From Nymphaea colorata (Eukaryota), in assembly GCF_008831285.2 (NCBI RefSeq), contig NC_045138.2:31620001-31684000 (forward strand): a stretch of 64,000 nucleotides of DNA, in the 5' to 3' direction. Shown here piece after piece: positions 12,901 through 24,400 of this stretch. The notes beneath the pieces were generated by a model. The model was not told the DNA's origin and did not search any database. It was given only the letters and a program-made list of their open reading frames with translations. The translations under genes and the position numbers were made by a program. How positions within the stretch are numbered: the first letter of the stretch is position 1; the number at the start of each line of letters is the position of its first letter.

Positions 12901-15900
12901 GATATGTAAATTCCTGGAAAAGCACAAAACAGTTTTTCATTATTCGCTTTATCCACGTATATTTGGGCAATTCAAGCAAAAGCAAAATAAACATCAAATT
13001 TGAATAAATACAGCATAGAAGAGGAATGAAAATCCAAGAAATTCATACCTGAGGTTTCCCCATCTTCTCAAAGGCTAACGAATCCTCAGGACTATCCATG
13101 CTCTGTAAGAACCTAACATCAACAACAGCAGGTTGCACAGAAGGCAGTGATTCACTTGGTAAGCTCAATTTGTCATCTGAAGCATGTACACCTTGGCAAC
13201 TTGAAGTTTCAGTTTTCAATGGGATGTATAATACAAAACCAGCCTGTTTCCCCTCATCACCCAAAAGCTTAAATCTGACAGAAATATATGGGAACTGGAC
13301 ATCTGTGTCACTCCTGATCTCCGTGGAAGAATATGAATCTGTTGATACCTGAGATGTACAAAGACTAAAAAGAATCGAACACAATAGAGTTACAGCATGC
13401 CCGAGACATCCTTCAAACAGCAAAATGTTGAGGGTGACAACCTTATCAATAATCATCATTTCCAGATGAACTTTAGGCCATACTGGATTTATTTCTCCAA
13501 AATTAACCAACTGAAGGGCATTCAAGAACTCCATATCTTTTGCAATAGCTTTGGGACTAAACACCCATTGGGACGGGATGCAAAGGATCAACCTAACGTG
13601 ATCCAATTTAACCAAACTAGAAGTAAATTGTGACGTCATACAATGCTCTACTTTCAAAGCAGAGTTACCCTGATGTAGAGTGTTGCCTGTTGACACCAGA
13701 AGTGTTCCAAAACCAGCAGATGCATGTTCTAAATTCGGCATGGTTAGCGAGAGGCTTTTTGAGGCCAGTGACCTGCTCTCACATGAATGTGGTTTCACTG
13801 CTTTATCAGAGACTGGAGGTTCCAGATCTTCCAAAGTGCGAACTTTGTCAGCAACAGAAGCAAGAAAGCTCACAGAGCCTAAAACACTTCCAGAAGAAGG
13901 TTCCTCCATAACATGGGGAAGACATTCTTTCCTTCTGCGAAATCGCTTCCTAAAGTAAACAACTGGAGCCTTTCTCTTGTTAGATATCAAATCAAACTGC
14001 ACAGGATCATGTTTTTTATCTTCATCCCTATGTGCAGCTTCATTCACTTGCAAAGGAACACTTGCATCTCCTGAGGCAAAACCAGGCACCAGTTTATCAT
14101 TCTCATTCCTTCTAAGCATAAATGCAGGTTGCTCTGTCTTTTTGGCAAAAATAGAATCCTCGGAGAAGATACAAGTGGCTACATCGTTACCTGAAGCACT
14201 TGCTTTCTTCTGCATTTTCACTGTCCCAAGAGAAGACAAACTTGCCCGGGAAGATGACCGTGCTAACCATGAGATTATTGGCTCCGAGTCCAAAAATGAC
14301 CCAGTGCTTTCATCTACTGGAGAGTGGAACTCCTGCTCAACATTTACATGTTCCCTTTCCAAGTAACGACTGTCATATGAACAACCAGCATGATCATCAA
14401 GTTCACCTTCATGCAGCAAAAGTTTAAACCTCTCCTTACCAAGGGAAAGCCATTCTTCATCCCGGTCATCATATTGTATGTAGTGCAATTTAGTCTTCGG
14501 ATTATAACTTTTTATCTCACCAAAGTACCACTGTTTATCCAGAGGCCAGAAAACCTTGACTTTTCTGCTCAGAACCCAATATGCATCTGATTCTCTGTAT
14601 CTCACGTCAACAAATCGGCGGCGCCTCCTAATAAAGTGTTTTTGCTTCTGTTTCCTAGGTCTTAGAACCCTAGCAGGAGCATCTGCGCCAGGCACCTTTC
14701 CTCTAACCAAAGAATTGGCTCCTGTGCCATGGAAAAGCATAGAGAATAATGACCTATTCGCTGAATACTGAACTAAATGGGAATCATCCCCAACAAAATT
14801 ATTGCAACTTGAATTAAACCGTGAGGAGAGCATTTGTGCAGCATTCTGTTCGAGATTTTCTTGCTCGTCAGCTTGGGACAATGACAGGTTACTTGAATCC
14901 TCAACACATTCAGGTCGTAAATCAAGATTCTCTTGGCTGACTTTGTTCACATTCTTGTCCACTCTTTGTACATCAGCATCTATAGAAGATAATTTTTCAC
15001 AATTAGCATGCGGAGGTTCAGCAACAATGCTGAGTGAATTCTCTGGTTCTTGTTCTTTGATATCAATGGGCAATATCCTATCAGAACACTCATCAGCACG
15101 GTCTTGACTGACCATGAAGGAATGTTGAACATCCTTTTCAGTGACATTGATATCTACCTGACTAGAAGGTTCTGCATGGTTCGAACCAAGGCATGAAGCC
15201 TCTTTGTCATTCTCAGATATGTTTCCATCCAAGGCTTTCAATTCAACATGGGATGTTCCATCTGAGGTCCGTCTCTTCCGGATACTTCTACTCATCATCT
15301 TCTTAGGGACTGAACCAACGCCGTTATCATCCAAGGATAAAACAGAAGCACATCTGCTAGATTCTTCTTTCTTTATTTTCTTCAGAATCTTCCGCCTCTT
15401 ATTTAACAATGAATCAATAAGCGGGCGAGACTCATCTTTTGAATTAACAAGCCGACCTTTGGAGTGATTTCTAGAGGCTACTGAACTGCTACAATCTTTT
15501 GGTATTGAAGAGTCTATAGGCTTTGAACCATGACTCCTGCAACTCAAAGCAGTTCCATCTTCGAGATGAAGCTTCTCTAGAGCTGAATCCACGCAATCAT
15601 TCTTGGCAGAGCCATTGGTTACAGCTACACTCTTTGAAGCATCAGAAATTTGATCCAAGTTCTTCAAATCATCAACAGTGCCAGATCCAGCATGCTTTTT
15701 TGCAACACCTACCCTTGATCTAGATTTCTTCAAAGTAGGACCAGTGGAGCTGAAACAAAAGCCACCATTGCTGCCATTCTTTCTCTTCTTTAAAACTGGT
15801 TCAAAAGAACTTAAACTGATTTCTTTCCTGCCCTTCCTTTTCTTGGACCTCCCAAGATCAACTCCTTCATTCTTCAGTGCGCTCGAAAATCCAACTTTCC

Positions 15901-16363
15901 GTATCCATGAAACTTTTTTACCTTTCACAGTCTCGCTGAAACCGATGCCACTGATTCCACAGTTTCCACCGCTAACCCATGAATTTTTCGCATGTTTTCT
16001 CTTCAACAAGCCGCGCTTCTTCTTCAAAAGACCGGCGCCATTGTTCAAGCCATCCAAGTTTCCGCTCGAAATCCCAGGACCTTCAACGTGGCTTCCTTCT
16101 GACAAACTTGGGCTATTCTTCAGACCCCTGTTCTCATGCCCGCCTCCCGAGCCACTACCATTACTAGAAGTCCTATTTTTTGCAGAAAAGCTTCTCGCCA
16201 ACGAGCTGCGGATCCTCCTTGAGATCTTGGTTACATTCTCCAGTCGTAGGGCATCATTGCCAGACGCTCTTGGGCTATCGGTGTACAAAGTCACGACATC
16301 CAGGGTCTTAGCCGACGGCTGGGGCTTCTCAGAAACAACGGAGCTCTCCACGTTATCGTCCAT
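9904..16363 (-). CDS. Enhancer of polycomb-related chromatin protein (EPCR1/EPCR2-like; Tudor-like + EPL1 domains), ~1950 aa
   Basis: Minus-strand exons 16363-13049, 12913-11195, 10948-10696 and 10469-9904 have GT-AG boundaries and stay in frame (5853 nt). Motifs: ENLEQNAAQMLSSRF, Tudor-like KVFWPLDKQWYFGEIKSY..HYIQYDDRDEEW, CGANILVTVGDRGWRE, LFKEMHEECYNRN..VKNIPIPGV, EPL1-type YDMDNEDEEWL and PPMFAFCLRPRGLE. Confidence 0.93.
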
Positions 16364-16855
16364 CTACAGAACCCTCAGAAGCACCAAGAGAGTGCCAACC
16401 CACATCACCCATCATACATCTTCATGCGCAGAGAACAACATCCCAATCTATAGATCACCCATCACGCATCAGAAAACCAAATCACCCCTAGAAACAACCC
16501 CAATCCAAAATATCATCTCTAGATTCACACACAATCTAAACAAAAATAACCTGATCAAACTCCTAGGAATCATCACGAAACCCGTCAAAAACTCACCCCA
16601 TACGTCAACCTTTCCAGATCCAGCGTTTTGCAAACAAACGCAAGAAAAACCCTCAAATGAACTACCAAAATGACGAGCAAGAAATGAATTTCCGGGCCAT
16701 ACCTCGACGAGGAAACGTCGCAACAACGCCTATCCCATCGATCTAACGAATAACAACACGAACCCTCGGTGGTTAGTTTCAATTCCAGCGTCAATTTCAC
16801 CAAATTCTCCGATTCCGCCGGCTACTCCTCGCCGGAAAAAAATGAGGGGGGAAAC

Positions 16856-16958
16856 TAGGGTTAGGGTTAGGGTTTCGGTTTCTCCCCGATATTTTTTTAT
16901 TTCTATTTTCTCTCTCCCCCCTTCTCTCTCACACACACACTCTCTCTCTCGCTCTCTC
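16856..16958 (-). promoter_or_regulatory. Telo-box (AAACCCTA) with extra CCCTAA units, plus a GA/GT-repeat tract, in the EPCR 5' leader / core promoter
   Basis: The plus strand reads tagggttagggttagggttt at 16856-16875, which is AAACCCTAACCCTAACCCTA on the minus strand. A (CT)n/(CA)n run lies at 16909-16958. Confidence 0.65.
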
Positions 16959-17703
16959 TTTAATTTTTGCCCTTTTTCCTCTTTGAGCGCCTTTTTCAAC
17001 TCAACTGCACTTCGCGAAGAGTCCGACGCGTTCCGACCGTCCGATGCTCAACCGACGGCCAGGATTGCTCGAAAGGAATGGTCATACCCAAATGTCATTG
17101 ATTCGACTCGAGTATTTCGGGGACGTGCGAGGACGGCATCGACGGTTGCTATCGACGACGCGTGGTAGATGAACGGTTATTATTCGAATAAGCGTACGAA
17201 GACGAGGGGCCCCCTGCGCGCCCCGGCCGGACCAAATTTCGGTCTCTTTTTCTCACTTTCTATTTTTTTGCCTTTTAACTTTTTTATGAAAGTACATTAT
17301 TATCCTTTCATTTTTCAGGATTTTCCGGTTAGAGTCTTCCCTGACCATACTTGTTACTTGTTAGCTATGTTTGGCACATGAAAACTTGTGACATAACTCA
17401 AAAACTAAATTTGTTGTTGAATTTGTAGTTTTTGTTTCATTCGTTTCAAATATCATCTTTCGAATCATTTGAAGAGTTGCTTGTGCTTTATTAGTCAAGT
17501 AAAACTTTAATAAATTTGGGGTTGGTCTGCATGAACAACTTTAATATATTATTTTTTTTAATCTATGGTCGCTCTTCAACTAGCTCCAAATGTCCATACG
17601 AACAATGTTATCAATGTATCTTTCAACTTATCTATGAACACCCCGACAAATTAACATATAAATGCACAGTGCTGATAATAACCTAATTATTCATGTATTT
17701 TTA

Positions 17704-18014
17704 GAGGTTGTTTGGGATAACAAACAAGGTGTAAGTGTTTCATGAATCTGCTTCAAAACTAAAGTAAATTCATGAAATATCAGAATAAGTTTCTTATGAA
17801 TCCAATCTATCATAAATTTTGATGTAGATCCATGTAACATTCACACGATGTCTCTATTGTCAAACAGTTTATTAAGAGTCGTTTGACAGTCTATGAGTAT
17901 CACGTGAATCTCACTTAAAAATTGAAGCAAATTCATGATACAGTAGAACGAGTGTTTTATGAATTTATCATAATTGATTCCAATCACAAAGCACCCCTAT
18001 TGACAAACAACTTC
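17704..18014. mobile_element. Tourist/PIF-like MITE, apparently two related ~150-bp units in tandem
   Basis: Outer TIR gaggttgtttg ... caaacaacttc, with tta on the left flank. The internal segment (tgaatc..aaaa..ag(t/c)aaattcatga..agaa..tatgaat..ctattg(t/a)caaaca) occurs twice (17704-17870 and 17876-18014). Confidence 0.55.
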
Positions 18015-19146
18015 TTTGTCCCACCCACAGCACCATGCATAAGAATTTATGCTGCTTGGTACTAACTTGGTGATAGGATGTTTTATGCATATTTCATTTT
18101 TCGCTCAACACCTCATACGTGTTCGTTCCTCACAGAGTTCATGAAGGTCGCAAACACGAGACAGACCGTTAGTGTCCCTCCTGCGCCTAGAGAAGTGTGA
18201 AAATGTATTACATATATTTGTTATATATAGCGTGATGATGTCAATGTGCATTATCATTTACCAAATTTCCATTACCAAGAGCAGTGGTGCATTTGTCTAT
18301 GATAACTTTTCCGGTGAAAGTTGTCTATGATTACTTTTTGATGGCCATAACTTAAATGGCAACTCATACACTTTACATGTAATTGCCTGTCTATATCATA
18401 ATGTGACAACTTAAATGAGACAACTTAAGGAAAAATCAGTGGTTTGGTGTTAGGTTAGGTAGGCACCTACTATGCAGTAATTTCACGGTATATTAATATC
18501 TGTTCGACTCTCACTATATGTAATGCTTTTCATGGCACTATACGTAATGCATGTATGGGAGTTGGTAATTTAGATGAGAAGGAGGTTAAAAGCTCGTGCC
18601 TTCGATAGAATATTGCCGGGAAATATATATTTGGCATCACAAAAGAAAAATTGCATATTATCATTCATTTATATTTGAAAAAAAGTACATTTACACGCAG
18701 CACATTTAAAATCATCCATAAATAACTGAAATAACAACTCAATTGCTCATAGTCAGTTCATATTATTCATATGTTTGAATAAATAGGCATGGTGAGTGTG
18801 AATACAGCAGGAGAGAAAAAATTGTATATTTTAAAAGGCTGCGTTATAAAGAAAATAAGGTTTAAAACCTTTCATGAGCTTTAAATAAAAAACAAAAAAA
18901 AAAACAAACAAAGGCCTTCAAGCAGGGGCAAAGCCAGAGTTTTTTTTCATGAACGGACCAAACGGTTCAACGAACTGCAACAAAAGGGCTGGGTTTTGTG
19001 GGTTTGATTCAGATAGAGCCAAACTGAATCTAAATTCGCAACAAAAAATTTTCAAATTTTTTAATATATATATTTTTTTTCCAATTCATTGGGGTTTGCC
19101 TGTTTCCATCATGGAATGTCATAACAACCTGTTCTATAAAAATTAC

Positions 19147-19270
19147 AAGTAATTTTATAAATTTAACCTCAGTAATGATAAACACAATATAAATATAAGT
19201 AATTTTATATATTTAACCTCAACAAGGATAAACACAATATAAAAAAAACCTCAATAATGATAAACACAAC
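19147..19270. repeat. AT-rich ~49-bp tandem repeat (about 2.5 copies)
   Basis: aagtaattttata(a/t)atttaacctca..a..gataaacacaat is repeated, followed by a third partial copy. Confidence 0.75.
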
Positions 19271-19418
19271 ATGAAACTAAAACATAACAAGGCCTTCAAA
19301 TTGCGCTATGTTGTCTTGTCCATTACATAAGCAGTAGGAATAGTTACTAATTATTACATATTTTGCATGGGAGTGGAACCTTTTTTTTTTTGTTGTCATG
19401 TTCCGTTTTCTGAAAAGA

Positions 19419-19517
19419 GTGACGGGCATGTGCATTTTTTGCAAAATTTAAAAAATGTGACGGGCATGTGCAATTTTTTCAAAATTTAGGTGGGCCATGT
19501 GTCATTTCAAAATTTCC
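19419..19517. mobile_element. Possible orphan MULE-like terminal inverted repeat arm with subterminal repeats
   Basis: gtgacgggcatgtgca(t/a)ttttt..caaaattta occurs twice with a third variant, ending in aaatttcc. No partner arm was found in the window. Confidence 0.35.
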
Positions 19518-21406
19518 ATGCACGTAATCAATAAATACACAGACGTATTGAAACTTCAAAATATAGTGGCATAATATTCTTGCACTAATAGATGACTATT
19601 CATGCCATACACAAAAAATAACAACCCGAAAATGCTATTCTAAATAGCAAAAGCTTCAATACCTAGAAAGGAAAATATGTAGAAATCGCTATCATGCATA
19701 TTATCGAATAAGATAAAGTACCGTGGACGAATAGTTTACCGCTTTTTCAACCTGTATGCAATTACCTCTTTTTTTAAAAATAAATTTAACTAATTTAAAT
19801 GCTTATAAATAAACTAATTGATGTGACTAAAGTTCGAGGCATTTTGGATAATTGATATCATTAAGTATGGGTTTGTTAATTAATTTTTTTATTAATAATA
19901 CAAATTTAGTTGTGAGGGTCTCCTTAATGTGGTGAGGGAGCTCAAGAATGAAGAATATTCGGAAATGCCCCTTTCCCTCATTTTTTTTGTTATCATTTTC
20001 TCAAGAGGGCACCCAATTTTTTTTTCCCGATCAAGATTCCAATGTACCCAATTGTGTTTGGGATGCTTGTCTGAATCAAGTTGGTAGTGGTAGACAAAAT
20101 GGTCGCCCTCCCACTCTTCTGCCCCCATCGGGAAAAGTTCAAAGATCCTAAAACTTTCTCGATTATATGTTGAGGCTTGTTGTCTAAAATCGCTTCTTAT
20201 TTGTGCAAGGTTTGAGTATCTTTTGCTTCTGGAATACCGTCAGATTGAGTATTTCAGGCTTTCAGTTAAAGGATTAGCTTTAGCAGGAAAATAAGAAAAG
20301 CATGTGGTTTTACACCAAGCCAATTTGCCTGCCTTTGATAAGGGGAGCACCTTTCGGAAAAACTCTTTTTCTATGGTGTCTTTGAGGAAACTCGAGCTGG
20401 GGGATAAGATGATACCCGGGAAACAGAACCGGGGTTGCTTGTTTTTCTTTGTGATGTTGGAAATTTGAAAGCCTCTTTATTCAATTGGAATCACCTGTCC
20501 ATACAAGAACCTGAAGATTCTCAATTATGTTGCATCATATTATTCATAATATCTTTTGTCAACATGCACCTTGTCGTTTAATTTATTTGCTTGCTAGGTA
20601 CCAATATTTACCTTGAAACTTTCAGTATGGTGTATCTTTTATAGCTTATCTTTTCAAGCATATCCTGCTTGAACCTTAGTGGCTTATAGAGTCCGAAAGA
20701 TGCATTGCATATGGTAACTTTGTGTTGTACATCTACCTGTTGCTGAACAGGTGGACATTCACCTTACTAATGATATATTTCGGGTATGTCATAGATGTCA
20801 ATTTATGATTTATACAGGTTGTCATCATCCTTTGTGGGTGGAGATTAGAGAGAATAACAAGCAAGTGCCGGAGGTGTGGTGCTTACAAATTGTGTTATTC
20901 TTCATTTGGAAAGTAAACCGAAAAGTTAATGCAAGTAAAACTTATCATATTGTGTTTGAAAATTTTACCACATGTTATGTTTGAATTTTACCACATGCGT
21001 CTATGCTTTTGCTTGTTATTGTTGCTTATTCTCTTTTGGAAAATCTGGAAATATGTTTGTTTAATATCAAATTAAGAAATAATTTTTTGGAAATATGAAA
21101 ATATGTTTTTTTCATCAAATTAAGTAATAAATTTCTAAAAATTTATTTCCCAATCATCACCCACATATCAAAATAATAATCAGAACGTTTTTTCTCATTT
21201 TATTTTTTCAAAAAATATATTTTTAAAAAAATATTTTCAATTCTAGATTTTGAGGTCATCGAACACTACTTTAATTTTGCAAAAAAGTCTTTAAGTTTTC
21301 AAAAGAGTTGGAGGAAGAGACAACATTTACATCGGATCGAATGTGGTCTGATCTACCAGACCCGACCCAACAACGCGGGACGGAGTCGCCCACGACCTCT
21401 GCTGCC

Positions 21407-21413
21407 TATAAAT
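21407..21413 (+). promoter_or_regulatory. TATA box of the HIBCH-like gene
   Basis: TATAAAT in ccTATAAATg context, 40 nt upstream of the first ATG (21447), in a GC-rich setting. Confidence 0.6.
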
Positions 21414-21446
21414 GCGTGGCTCCTCGCCGGCTACATTTTTGTCGCT

Positions 21447-24400
21447 ATGATCATCCCTTTCCGGCCACTCCGCCACACTTGGAGCGTTTTGCTGCTCCCT
21501 TCTCTCCCTTTCCCATTCCGGCCGCTGCACTCTGCCGTAGATTCTAGGCCCTTCTCCCCGTCGAGGTGCTATCCCGTCGCCTCCCCGCCGCGATCCTTTG
21601 TCGCCATGGCCGAATCGGATGCCTTTGTCAAGGGTGCCGTCCACCCCAACGGCCTCGCTGTTATCACGCTCGATCGCCCCAGGGCCCTCAATGCCATGAA
21701 TGTGGGTAAGAAGTTCGCGAATTCACGCTCTGTCGGCTCTGAATGTAGTCAATTTCTTGCGCATGAATGGATTCTGTTTCTGTCCGTGAATTTTGATCAG
21801 TGCGGGATGGGATTGGTAGAGATTCTCTCCGGCCCTCCTTGCGTGTTTAATTTGCTAGATTGATGTGTTACAACTTACTGAGCCTTTCACTAGAGTTCTT
21901 ATGGGTATCGGTTACTTTTTTCTTGCCTAGTCATTAGCCGAAAAGAGTTCAGTTAAGTAATGTTGAGTTAAAATTGTACTCCTAATTGATGGGGGTTTAG
22001 TATTCTTACAGTGGGCAGGTTTACTTTGTTCCGATGCTCTTGCTATGGTATCACCTGTTTTTGTTAATGGAAGACGAACAGACCTCACAACTATTATCTC
22101 ATTTGCACTGTGACGAGGAGGACTTGACTGATTTTTGAAAGTTGTCTGGTAGCTGAGTGGTTTGTAAAATAGGCTTCTCACACGTACCCTCTAGGAAGCG
22201 TTGACTTTTGAGATAGTCATGTCAGGTTGGTCATTTTTTTTTTTTATAAACCACGGTTTGCATTAGGAAGTTTGAAGCTACCAGCACTTTCTTGCTTATC
22301 AACTTCAATTCCTTATGAAGAAATTTATTTTTCTATTCAGACACGTATTCAGAGCGTGTTCGCATGCATTTATTTGTCTCCTAAGGCGAATTGTTTTTAT
22401 GCACAGCCGTGTCATCCTTTGTGGAGATACAAGAAATCTTATGGTTATATTTTGAAGTTTAAGCCCGTTATGTTATTTGTTGGGAGAAATGGAATGCAAA
22501 TAGATCATTCTTTCCCGGTCAAGAAATAGGAATGTGCTGTATATAATGCAGTTACGGTATTCACATGTTTCATACTTCTTGTCTCTGTAGAGACAGATGA
22601 TTTATACGCCTATAGAACTGAAAAGAAAGCCTATTATGTTATTCGTGTGACTGTGACTATGTCAGAACATGAATATTATGATTATTCCATGAAATGTGCA
22701 ATACGTGAAATATGTTAAACCCTTTAAAAAATTTGTTTTTAAATCACAAGGCGAAACTGGATTTCTTATTATGCTGTATTATGCAGATATGGATAGAAAA
22801 TACACAGACTTCCTTGATCAGTGGGCAGTCGATTCTAATGTCAAATGCGTTTTGGTTGAAGGCAGCACCTCTCGAGCATTTTCAGCAGGTAATGAAGGCT
22901 AATCACAGATGTTACTTCACTAATCTAATAACATTTCAGTTTCTTCTTCCGCTTGTGCCATGGTTTCTTAGCCACATAGATTCCATTCCATATTTGCACT
23001 TTGTCATTGTCTTAATTGTGTCATTGTCCTTTGCGGTGCTTCATAGTTCTTGAAGGCAACATTCCTTACTAACGCAGGGATGGACATTAAGGGTGTTGCT
23101 GCTGAAATTCAGAAGGACAAAACTACCCCGCTTGTCGAGAAGGTTTCCCTTTTTATCCTCTTAAGTGTCCTGTTATGAATGCCTATTGCATGATTGCACA
23201 TTTTGATTATGTTATATGCTTGCATCATGGAATCATTCTTACATTTATAGACAACTAAGCCATCAGTGCATTCTGCAGGTGGAGATGTCAAGTTCCTCAC
23301 TACCAGATGCACTAAATCAGAAATTTATGAGGTCTTGTTGTGTGATCTGTAACCCTATTGGCATAATTTTTTTGTTTATGACTTCAATGAAAGTGATGGC
23401 TTAAGAGAGAAACTGATGCATCCCTAGAAAAAGAAAATCAAAAGCATGGCAGAATTTGTCTGATAAAAGTTGTGATGTAGGTAATCAAAATGCTAATTAA
23501 TGCTTAGATGGTGAGGCCCCTGAGAGGGCTGGTCAGGGCCTAGGTAGGGTTTCAGTCTTTTCTCATACTTTGCCATTTCAAGTAAAGGGATGCCTTGCCT
23601 AGTTAGGTTGTGTATCTCTACAAAAAGCAAACAAAGAGCATTTCAATCTTATTGAATATAAATGTGACCTAAGTAGTTGAGGTGCTAGCCAGCCTAGGTG
23701 GCCAGCCCCTTGAAAGACCTAGTCTGTGGGTTTAGCATTGGGTAAGACCTAAATAATGCACTCAAAGATAAGAACACCAAATAAATTTAAATATGGACAA
23801 AAATTGAGCAAAGATGGAACCCATTTGATTTTGAAAAAGCACATGAAAATGAAAAATAACTTTAAATATGAAAAACAGATAACTTAACTTATGGGCGTGA
23901 TTAAAAAGTAATGATAATATATGTATGTGTGTGCATGTGTGTGTATGGGTGTGTGCAAACAAAGTAAAGAAGTAAGCTTGGGTGGTTCCCACTTAGGCAG
24001 CCACCTATGCACTTGGCTAGACATGCCTAAGGAGACCAAACATGCCTACCATAACTTCAACAGTATAAGTGCGACTGATCCCATCAGTTAATTTTTGGCT
24101 GATGAAACAATTGGACATATTCTAATTTGTATGTAATAAATCTGCTTTGACAGCGCACCTGATTGCAGTCTACCAAAAAAAAAAAAAAAACTGATTGCAA
24201 CATGTTCATGGAATCACAATACGAAGCTCTTCAGTCTTCAGTTTTTTGATGGCATCATGGCAGTAGTACTTATTGCATCAGTTCTTACAGTTTTAGGTTT
24301 CTTTGAAGTCTTTGTGGTTCATAATTAGTAACTTCTTATCTAAGGGCAAAGATTCGTCTGAGAGATTGCTGCACCCAAGTGAAGGCATCTTCTGTTTATT

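Noticed and set aside
15678..16673. 331-aa plus-strand ORF antisense to EPCR exon 1
   Set aside because: It starts at GTG, its F/L/P-rich composition mirrors the K/G/S-rich sense codons, and it has no recognisable domain. Most likely a shadow ORF.
16856..16875. Interstitial telomere array
   Set aside because: Only about 3 units. Better explained as a promoter telo-box.
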